Origin: Pirellula staleyi DSM 6068
Lineage (GTDB): Bacteria > Planctomycetota > Planctomycetia > Pirellulales > Pirellulaceae
Assembly (NCBI GenBank): GCA_000025185.1
Contig: CP001848.1
Span: 210,001-242,000, forward strand
DNA: 32,000 nucleotides
Direction: 5' to 3'
Below are positions 25,171 through 32,000 of this stretch, piece after piece (the stretch's first letter is position 1; every line of letters begins with the position of its first letter). The notes under the pieces are model-generated. The model did not search any database. It was not told the origin of the DNA and was given only the letters and a program-made list of their open reading frames with translations. Both the position numbers and the translations under genes were made by a program.

Positions 25171-25725
25171 ATGCCATCACCAAGTCCCACGCCCGGTCCC
25201 ATTCCCGACCTCAACGAGCTTGTGGCGCTCTTTTATCACGAGCCCCAGGAGCTCGGCGTTTTCGAGCAAGTCGACGAGCAAGAGGTGCCAGAGCCTTTTC
25301 ATCAGCTCCTCGCGCATCATGCTCACATGACCGTCACCGTCGAGGCGTTTCACAAGACGCCAGTCGACGTACAGGTTCTCTCGACGCGCCGCGAAGGGAT
25401 GATGTATGCCCGCAAGATTTTGCTCACCCGTCAAACCGACGGTGCCGTCGTTCAATTTGGGCTCGTGCAGCTGAACTTCAACTACCTGGCCCCCGAAGTG
25501 CGCGACGAAATTGCCCTCGAGCAAACACCGCTCGGTCGCGTCCTGATCCGCCGCAACGTGCTACGCGAAGTGCAGCTGGTCGGCCTGTTCCGCATCGAAC
25601 CAGGGCCCGACTTGCAGCGTCATTTGGGAACGCGCGAAGGAGAAGTGGTCTACGGCCGAACAGCGCTGATCTACTGCGATGGCCAGCCCGCCGTCGAACT
25701 TCTCGAAATCGTCACTCCCTCGTAA
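25171..25725 (+). CDS. Chorismate-lyase / DUF98-like (UbiC fold) protein; function tentative
   Basis: Coding is likely: GC3-rich, and starting about 100 nt after the previous stop. Similarity by eye to the UbiC/DUF98 layout: LLAHHAHMTVTVEAF..VDVQVL, REGMMYARKILLT...GAVVQFGLVQL, TPLGRVL, YGRTALIYCDGQPAVELLEIVTP. ATG 25171 is preferred over the track TTG 25084. Confidence 0.55.
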   Translation: MPSPSPTPGPIPDLNELVALFYHEPQELGVFEQVDEQEVPEPFHQLLAHHAHMTVTVEAFHKTPVDVQVLSTRREGMMYARKILLTRQTDGAVVQFGLVQLNFNYLAPEVRDEIALEQTPLGRVLIRRNVLREVQLVGLFRIEPGPDLQRHLGTREGEVVYGRTALIYCDGQPAVELLEIVTPS

Positions 25726-26083
25726 TTCATCGTTGCACGAGGGTTTGCACCACCATTTTGCGTTAGCAGCTGAGCAAGCATCTCTTCATAACTTGCTTAG
25801 CTATTCTCTCATAACTCTTGCGCACTTACCGAAGAGTTACCACCGACTTCGTGCAGAGTTTTGCACGATTTCTTAAGCACTTATCCAGCTACGCTGAGTT
25901 CGCGCGGACCAGACCTCTGGCGCAGCGAAATTCTTCGCGCGGTTTTCTCGGAAAAATGTGGACACACGTTTTTCCCTCGCTAAAATCCGCCAGCACACCT
26001 ACCTGAAGATCCTCTAGGCGACTTCCCCTCTCCTCCCCCTCCTTTCGACGTTTCGAGCCTCTAGCTTTTGGCCCCACCTGCCG

Positions 26084-27346
26084 ATGCTTTTCGATTGTCT
26101 CATCCTCGGCGCAGGTCCTGCGGGACTCGCACTCGCCGCGCGTCTTAGCGCCACCGGGGCTCGCGTGCTTGTGGTTGATCGCGATTCAGCGGATCGCGGC
26201 GCGCGAAACATCCATCTCTCGCCCCTCGCATCGCAGCCCGTCTTGCCGACCGTCTGGAAGCAGCTCGAAGCACTCGGACTTGCGGCGGAACTTCGCCCGC
26301 AGGTCGCGCTCGGAGCACCAGCTGGTGTGCAGATCGTCACTTGCAGCGGCCAAACCGTCGCACAAGTGGCGTGTGTCGATCAGCAGCACTTTGACGACGA
26401 TCACGCGCTGCCGCCGCTTGCTTGGGTTTCGCGTCAGTCGCTCGAGCAAGCGCTCACTAAACTGGCTATCGCGCGCGGCACTACGATTCTTCGTAGCACC
26501 TCGGTCCTCGATTTGTCCCTCGATCCCAGCAGTTCTCCCCGCGTGCTGCTGGCAGAAGATCACGCCGAACCACGCTGGCTCGAAGTTCCACTCGTCGTCG
26601 ATGCCAGTGGTCAGCAAGCGATTGTGGGGCACCATCTGCGGCTGATCGATCCGGCCGGTGGTGGCAGTCACTCCGCATTAGTGGGGCTGTATGAAAACGC
26701 CTCGCTCGCCTCCTCGGCCACGTCGTTTCGCACGCTGTTTTTGCCCCAGCATTTACGCTCCCGCTTATGGCTTGCACCACAGCCGGGGGGAATGGCAACG
26801 GTCGGTATCGTGGGTCCGCGTGCCACGCTGCTGCGGGACCGCAGTAGTTTTGCCGAGCTACTGGAAGACGAACTCGTCGAGTGTCCGGCGCTTGCCCATT
26901 GTTTGCTCAGCGCCAAAATGGTGGGGCCACTTTCGGTGGTTCGCGCGACAGGGCACAAGCTGCTGCGTGGCGGTGGTGAAGGCTGGCTCGCTGTCGGTGA
27001 TGCTTTTGAAACGCTCGATCCGCTCCCCGGATGGGGCGTAGTGACGGCGCTCGAGTCGGCTGCCTACGCCGCTCCGGCGATCCTCGAAGCGATTGCCAGC
27101 AGAACGTCGTCGGCCGAACTACTCACGCGCTGGCAACGTGCATTTCAAGCGCAGCTGGCGCCACGCAAGCTACTGCTACTCGCCTTGGCCTCCCCCGGGT
27201 TTGGGGTCGCCGACTTCCTGCGGCAATTTCCCGAGCACGAGCCGATTTTGGCCCAATTGCTGGTTGCCGGGGCTGTTCCGGCCGATAGCAGCTTCGAAGA
27301 GGACCTCGCCGCCCAGCTCGTGCAACTGCGGCCAACCGCAGGTTGA
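26084..27346 (+). CDS. FAD-dependent oxidoreductase, geranylgeranyl-reductase / flavin monooxygenase-like
   Basis: N-terminal dinucleotide fold FDCLILGAGPAGLALAARLSATGARVLVVDRD. Also LVVDASGQQAIVG (DASG block) and WLAVGDAFETLDPLPGWGV (GD motif). Confidence 0.82.
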   Translation: MLFDCLILGAGPAGLALAARLSATGARVLVVDRDSADRGARNIHLSPLASQPVLPTVWKQLEALGLAAELRPQVALGAPAGVQIVTCSGQTVAQVACVDQQHFDDDHALPPLAWVSRQSLEQALTKLAIARGTTILRSTSVLDLSLDPSSSPRVLLAEDHAEPRWLEVPLVVDASGQQAIVGHHLRLIDPAGGGSHSALVGLYENASLASSATSFRTLFLPQHLRSRLWLAPQPGGMATVGIVGPRATLLRDRSSFAELLEDELVECPALAHCLLSAKMVGPLSVVRATGHKLLRGGGEGWLAVGDAFETLDPLPGWGVVTALESAAYAAPAILEAIASRTSSAELLTRWQRAFQAQLAPRKLLLLALASPGFGVADFLRQFPEHEPILAQLLVAGAVPADSSFEEDLAAQLVQLRPTAG

Positions 27347-27598
27347 TACTCCTCAACAGGGGAGATCGTGCACCCTATTCAGCAGACAGCGGGCATCGGC
27401 AATTTTGTGCAGGTGCGAGTTTTCAGCTCGCGTGCGAATCACCCGCGCTCCGACGAAAGTTGGAGGTGGAGCATAATGCTCGTGAATTACGATTTCGCAA
27501 GACTATACTGACGACTCTCACAGCTACGGTGAATCCATCGTAGAGTTCAAACTTCGGGGGCGTTCGTCTTCGAAGTTGTTGTCGAAGGTAGCCGCCGT

Positions 27599-29818
27599 AT
27601 GGTTAGCCAACTCTTCACACTCAAGTCGCTGCTTTGTTTTGTCGTAACCTTTGCGTGCCTCGAAGGTGGCGCCGAGCTCGGCCAACTACTCTCGTTCCCG
27701 CCGCGCGACTTTGCCACTTGCTGGCCCCCCAGCGGAATCATCGTCGGCCTCTTGGCATTTGCTCCGCGCCGCTGCTGGCCGGCGATGCTCATCGGGGCCG
27801 TGGCTGGCAATTTGTTTCACAACTGGCGCATGAACATCGGTTTCGAAACCAATGTGGTCTTCACCTGCGCCAACTTCCTCGAGGTCTCTCTGGGTGGGTA
27901 TCTGCTGCAGCGACTTTTCGGTCAACCGTTCCTGCTCAACTCGATCTCGCGCGTCCTGACGTTGGTCCTTTTGGTGGGTCTGGGTTGTACCACGTTAAGC
28001 GCCTTTCTCGGCGCGACGATGGTCAACCAGTCGGGCACCATGACGGAGTATTGGCGAGAATGGTTTTTGTGGTGGGCCGCCGATGTGGTGGGTGTGGTTC
28101 TGTTTGTGCCGATCACCCTCGCAGTCCTCGAACTGCCGCAGAACATTCACCGGTTTGATATCAAAAAAGCGTTGGAAGCCTCCGTACTTTTTGGACTCCT
28201 CACGCTCATCTCGGTCGTCGTTTTCTTTTACGCCGATCCGAACGATAGCCCGCTCCGGTTTCCGTTTTACACCTTTCCCCTGCTCGCTTGGGCTGGCCTC
28301 TCGTTTGGTCGCAGTGGCGGAGCCTTAGCCACCATCATCGTCGGCGTCTGCGGCACTTGGGCCACAACGCGAGGGCTCAGTGTGTTCGCCAGCCATCACG
28401 CGCCGGTGACCAGCCAGGTGCTGGTGCTGCAAGCGTTTCTGATTGTCACGATGCTCACTTCGCTGCTCTTCTCGGTGATGTTCGAGTCGCTAACTACCGC
28501 ACGAAACGAACTACAGTCAACCAACAACCTGCTCTCCGCCATCATGGAAGGGACCAGCGATGGGGCATTCGTGAAAGATGCCTCGGGACGCTATCTGCTG
28601 CTCAACTCCGCCGGTGCTCGAAACTTTGGCCGGCCGATGGAAGAAGTGATCGGCAAGACCGACCACGAACTCTTGCCTCGTGAAATGGCCGACTTCGTTC
28701 GCAACCGCGACCTGAAAATTCTTACGAGCGGCGTTGTCACCACCACGGAAGATACCGTCTCGTTCGGTGAACAGCCACGCACGTTTTTAACGACGAAAGG
28801 TCCGTATCGCGATGCCCGTGGGAATGTGATTGGACTGGCAGGAATTTCGGCCGATATCACGTCGCTGAAAGAAGCCGAAGAAAAACTGCGCCGCGCGAAC
28901 GAAACACTCGAAACACGCGTCACCGAGCGGACCATGGAACTCACCACTGCGAACCTGCAGCTGATGAAGGAGATGACCGAACGATCGCGTGTGGAACTGC
29001 GACTCCGCGAGCAGCAGGCCGAACTGGCCCACGTAGCCCGCGTGGCTGCGCTCGGTGAAATGGCGGCGGGACTTGCCCACGAACTCAATCAGCCACTGCA
29101 TGCAATCAGCAACTACGCGCGGGGAGTTGTGCGGCGCATCGATTCCGCCCGCTCCACTCCCGCCGACCTACGCGAGGCACTCGCGGAAATCGTTGCCGAA
29201 TCCGATCGCGCGGCTGCCATCATCCGCCGCGTCAGCAGCTTTGTCAGCAAGCGTCCTTATGCTCGCCATCCCCTACTGATCGACGACTTGATTCGCAACG
29301 TCTCGACTCTGATGACCGCCGAAGCCAACCGGCGTCATTCACGACTCGAGCTCACACTCGGCGCCAGCAGCAGCTGGGTTCTCGGCGATGCCGTACAGCT
29401 CGAACAGGTGCTGGTGAACCTTGTTCGCAACGGTCTCGAGGCGATGGAAACAACCCCCGAACCAGCGCGGCTGTTGCAGATCGAATCGTCCCTCGTCGGC
29501 GACAAAGTGATGGTGGAAGTGCGCGACCAAGGTTGCGGCGTTCCGGATGGGCTCGAAACCAAACTCTACGATGCGTTTTTCACCACCAAGTCGCACGGGC
29601 TCGGGATGGGACTCGCCATCAGCCGCTCGATTGTTGAAGCGCACGAAGGGGAACTTTCTTCGAGCCCACGTTTGCCACGCGGCACCACCTTTCGCTTTCT
29701 GATTCCCGTCCACGACGAAAACCAAGCAGCCGAAAACGACTCGGATCTGTCAGACGATTCATCGAGCGTTGCACCTCCAGCGACACCCAACACCACAATT
29801 GTCAGCACCACCAACTAA
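27599..29818 (+). CDS. Sensor histidine kinase: MASE1-like membrane domain, PAS, HisKA, HATPase_c
   Basis: The membrane block with CWPPSGIIVGLLAF...AGNL resembles MASE1. PAS: LSAIMEGTSDGAFVKDASGRYLLLNSAG. A coiled coil follows, then H-box AAGLAHELNQPL, N-box LVNLVRNGLEAM, and G-boxes DQGCGVP and GLGMGLAISRSIVEAHEGEL. Confidence 0.9.
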   Translation: MVSQLFTLKSLLCFVVTFACLEGGAELGQLLSFPPRDFATCWPPSGIIVGLLAFAPRRCWPAMLIGAVAGNLFHNWRMNIGFETNVVFTCANFLEVSLGGYLLQRLFGQPFLLNSISRVLTLVLLVGLGCTTLSAFLGATMVNQSGTMTEYWREWFLWWAADVVGVVLFVPITLAVLELPQNIHRFDIKKALEASVLFGLLTLISVVVFFYADPNDSPLRFPFYTFPLLAWAGLSFGRSGGALATIIVGVCGTWATTRGLSVFASHHAPVTSQVLVLQAFLIVTMLTSLLFSVMFESLTTARNELQSTNNLLSAIMEGTSDGAFVKDASGRYLLLNSAGARNFGRPMEEVIGKTDHELLPREMADFVRNRDLKILTSGVVTTTEDTVSFGEQPRTFLTTKGPYRDARGNVIGLAGISADITSLKEAEEKLRRANETLETRVTERTMELTTANLQLMKEMTERSRVELRLREQQAELAHVARVAALGEMAAGLAHELNQPLHAISNYARGVVRRIDSARSTPADLREALAEIVAESDRAAAIIRRVSSFVSKRPYARHPLLIDDLIRNVSTLMTAEANRRHSRLELTLGASSSWVLGDAVQLEQVLVNLVRNGLEAMETTPEPARLLQIESSLVGDKVMVEVRDQGCGVPDGLETKLYDAFFTTKSHGLGMGLAISRSIVEAHEGELSSSPRLPRGTTFRFLIPVHDENQAAENDSDLSDDSSSVAPPATPNTTIVSTTN

Positions 29819-29878
29819 TCTCCGTTCCGCTTGCAGTTCGCTTTTCCACCCTCTCACTCTTCTCTGCGAACACGTCCG

Positions 29879-30520
29879 ATGTCGCTCGACACTTCACTCC
29901 CGCCTGCCCCCTCGATCGCTCCCATCGTCTTTCTCGTCGATGATGATCCCGGCGCGCTCCGATCGCTCCGTTTTCTGATTGAGTCCGATGGACTCGAAGC
30001 GGAAAGTTTTGGCTCGGCTGCTGCGTTTCTCGATTTCTATCAACCGACGATGCTCGGCTGTTTGGTGGTCGATGTGCGGATGCCAGAGATGACCGGGCTC
30101 GATCTGCAGCAGGAACTGGCCGAGCGTGGTTCGACGCTGCCGATCATCGTGATGTCGGGGCATGCTGATGTCGCCAGTTGCACGCGCGCGTTTCGGAGTG
30201 GCGCTATCGACTTCTTTGAGAAACCAGTCAACGACAACCAGATCCTCGAGCGTGTGCGGCACGGGATCGAGCGACACCGACAAGCGCTGCTGGCGATGTC
30301 GTCCCCCCGCCAAGGTGCGTTGCAACTCGAACTGCTTACCGCCCGCGAACGCGAAGTCATGGACCTGCTGGTACGCGGCAAAAGCCTCAAGCAGATCGCG
30401 CTCGATCTCGGCATCAGCATTCAAACCTCGGCCAAGCATCGCAGCCGACTGCTCGAAAAACTCAAAGTCCCCAGCGACATGGAACTCCTCCGCAGGGTGC
30501 TCGAAGAACAGCGTCGTTAA
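29879..30520 (+). CDS. Response regulator, FixJ/NarL (LuxR-type HTH) family
   Basis: Receiver domain: IVFLVDDDPG...LVVDVRMPEMTGLDL...PIIVMSGHADV...GAIDFFEKP. HTH: LTAREREVMDLLVRGKSLKQIALDLGISIQTSAKHRSRLLEKL. ATG 29879 is preferred over the track TTG 29831. Confidence 0.9.
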   Translation: MSLDTSLPPAPSIAPIVFLVDDDPGALRSLRFLIESDGLEAESFGSAAAFLDFYQPTMLGCLVVDVRMPEMTGLDLQQELAERGSTLPIIVMSGHADVASCTRAFRSGAIDFFEKPVNDNQILERVRHGIERHRQALLAMSSPRQGALQLELLTAREREVMDLLVRGKSLKQIALDLGISIQTSAKHRSRLLEKLKVPSDMELLRRVLEEQRR

Positions 30521-30853
30521 AAAAATATTGCGTTTTTTTGGGCGAAAGTTAGCGACTCGCGAAAACGTGCAAAAGTACCGCCTCACCCTCGCTTGGCCAT
30601 GTGCTACCCACCAGCTGATGAGCTGTTCCCTGCCTCGGAAGATGTAGCTCAAGCGATAATCGCGAACCTCAAAGTGCATGCAATCGCAGGCTTTGCTGAG
30701 GCAATTTAAAAAGACACCGCTCTCAGGGGCGCGTATGCGACAATCTCGCATACATGGTGCGGTCGACCGCTGCCGATCTCTACTTGCGTAGCAAAGAAGT
30801 CGGTCAAAGCGGCCAGTCCGCTTCTGTACTGCCTGCAACGGCTTTGCTATTTG

Positions 30854-30940
30854 GTGCATCACCTTGTCCTGCTCGACAGGGCTTGAATCAGACTGCCCTG
30901 ATTCCTGCTTAAGTCAAGTCGCCAGGTGATGCACTTTTTT
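30854..30940 (+). terminator. Structured RNA element closed by an 11-bp stem and a T6 tract (intrinsic terminator, attenuator or sRNA 3' end)
   Basis: gtgcatcacct (30854-30864) pairs perfectly with aggtgatgcac (30924-30934) and is followed by tttttt (30935-30940). The enclosed 59 nt hold two mutually exclusive hairpins: cagggc/gccctg (30877-82 / 30895-900) and gaatcag/ctgattc (30885-91 / 30898-904). The element lies 98 nt upstream of the gluQ-like ATG. Confidence 0.45.
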
Positions 30941-31037
30941 CGTTTCTTGACCACTCCGATGGGTCAGTGACTAGTCAACCCGATCACTGTCCGATCGCTA
31001 CTCCCCGCTGAGGCTGCAGCTTGCTACGTTCAGAACT

Positions 31038-32000
31038 ATGACCGTCAGCAACTCATCCTTCAGCAGCAATTGGGCTCCGGCGCGAAAGGTCGTGGGACGA
31101 CTTGCTCCCTCCCCGACCGGCGCCCAGCATGTCGGCAACGCTCGCACCTACCTCCTGGCGTGGCTGCATGCTCGGCTGCAGGGTGGACGCGTTGTGCTGC
31201 GCATGGAAGACATCGATTCCCCTCGCGTAAAGCCCGGCGCTGCTGAGGAAGCGATTGTCGACCTGAAGTGGCTCGGACTCGACTGGGACGAGGGTCCCGA
31301 CGTCGGTGGCCCTCACGCTCCCTACGTTCAAACCGATCGGCTGTCGCTCTACCGCCAGCATCTCGAGCTACTGATCGAGCGGCAGCTCATCTACCCCTGC
31401 ACTTGCACCCGCAAGGATGTCGAAACAGCCGCCAGTGCCCCGCATCTCGACGGCGAACCACCTCCCTATGCCGGAACCTGCCGCTTTCGCTCTCCTCAAG
31501 ATGCCTCGGCGCTCGATACGGACAAATTCGTCTGGCGTCTGCACACGAGCGATCAGCCGCGTACGATCATCGACCTGGTTCGCGGGCCTTGCTCGATGAA
31601 CGTCGCCCGCGATTTGGGAGATTTCGTGATAGCCAAAGGAACTGGAGTTCCTGCCTACCAACTGGCAGTGGTGGCCGACGATCATGCCATGGGAATCACC
31701 GAGGTGCTGCGTGGCGACGATCTGCTCCCCAGCGCCTTTCGGCAACTCGAGCTGTATGAGCATTTTGGTTATCAGGCGCCGCAGTTTGCACACCTACCAC
31801 TTGTCGTAGGTCCCGATGGCCGTCGACTCGCAAAACGCCATGGAGATACACGCCTCTCTTGGCTCCGCTCGCAAGGGATGAAAGCCGAAACGCTGATCGG
31901 CTGGATAGCTTACCATTCTAAGCTTTTAGACGAGCTGCGACCGATCACCGCGAGCCAACTCTTAGGAGACTTGCGGCCCACGATGCTCGAGCAAATCCCT
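31038..32000 (+). CDS. gluQ: Glutamyl-Q tRNA(Asp) synthetase-like (truncated GluRS paralog); 3' end lies outside the window
   Basis: My own translation from ATG 31038 is open to the window end (321 codons): ...VVGRLAPSPTGAQHVGNARTYLLAWLHARLQGGRVVLRMEDIDSPR...LIYPCTCTRKD...VPAYQLAVVADDHAMGITEVLRGDDLL...GRRLAKRHG. It has a HIGH-like HVGN motif, the CTCTR block typical of GluQRS, and a KMSKS-like RLAKR. It is missing from the ORF track because it has no stop in the window. Confidence 0.82.
   Translation, partial: MTVSNSSFSSNWAPARKVVGRLAPSPTGAQHVGNARTYLLAWLHARLQGGRVVLRMEDIDSPRVKPGAAEEAIVDLKWLGLDWDEGPDVGGPHAPYVQTDRLSLYRQHLELLIERQLIYPCTCTRKDVETAASAPHLDGEPPPYAGTCRFRSPQDASALDTDKFVWRLHTSDQPRTIIDLVRGPCSMNVARDLGDFVIAKGTGVPAYQLAVVADDHAMGITEVLRGDDLLPSAFRQLELYEHFGYQAPQFAHLPLVVGPDGRRLAKRHGDTRLSWLRSQGMKAETLIGWIAYHSKLLDELRPITASQLLGDLRPTMLEQIP

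Noticed and set aside
25732-25760. TTGCAC-N..-TTTGC as a sigma-54 (-24/-12) promoter
   Set aside because: It lacks the invariant GG of TGGCAC, and the GG-to-GC spacing would be 13 nt rather than 11 nt.
30515-30543. A7 / T7 inverted repeat (cgttaaaaaaa-tattgcg-tttttttggcg) overlapping the response regulator stop codon; considered as an intrinsic terminator
   Set aside because: The stem is almost entirely A-U with G-U wobbles, and there is no U-tract after it. It is too weak to call, though it may still be a pause site or a bidirectional weak terminator.
29894-30862. 322-aa minus-strand ORF
   Set aside because: It is mostly antisense to the FixJ-type response regulator. Its remainder lies in AT-richer intergenic DNA, and it has no motifs.
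1-32000. Scan for tRNA/rRNA/tmRNA/RNase P/SRP cores, CRISPR repeat-spacer periodicity, IS elements, integrases and long terminal inverted repeats
   Set aside because: I recognised no T-loop/acceptor patterns, no regularly spaced direct repeats outside the Cys-rich gene, and no transposase or integrase motifs. This was a by-eye scan, so small or divergent elements could be missed.

Overview
High-GC (about 57-60% by eye) bacterial chromosomal window. The gene content and style look Planctomycetota/Pirellulales-like (inference only): very large membrane proteins, MJ0042-type zinc ribbons, Pro/Ala-rich linkers and long intergenic gaps. I saw no rRNA, tRNA, CRISPR array, transposase or integrase. 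Housekeeping genes: pyrG 3' end, a DUF1844 protein, a COG1033/MMPL-type RND exporter, a PIN-PhoH ATPase, a GT9 heptosyltransferase, a fused HemD-HemE ORF, a patatin-like lipase, and a gluQ-like gene running off the 3' edge. Less ordinary content, in order: (1) an orphan acyl carrier protein with an N-terminal CxxC...CxxC extension. (2) A small lower-GC insert with a frame break, flanked by CTAG-rich repeats. (3) A predicted lipoprotein that is about 16% cysteine, built from 16 C-x6-C heptads (CAAAAPT/CGAAAPS) plus keratin-associated-protein-like CCKP/CCET/CCQK motifs. It is encoded by wobble-diversified 21-bp repeats in a stretch open in several frames on both strands. (4) Two adjacent giant membrane proteins, a beta-propeller protein and an M48 metalloprotease, that share the same N-terminal zinc-ribbon module. 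(5) A co-directional terpenoid-type cluster directly downstream: a short SHC-family class II cyclase with DxDD, a DUF116::polyprenyl synthase fusion whose second Asp-rich motif reads NDxxD, a chorismate-lyase/DUF98-like protein, and a geranylgeranyl-reductase-like flavoprotein. It is followed by a MASE1-PAS histidine kinase and a FixJ-type regulator. (6) A structured, terminator-ended RNA element upstream of gluQ. My best candidates for something undescribed are the Cys-heptad lipoprotein and the zinc-ribbon protease/propeller plus atypical terpenoid locus. All family calls come from motif recognition by eye and need HMM/BLAST confirmation.
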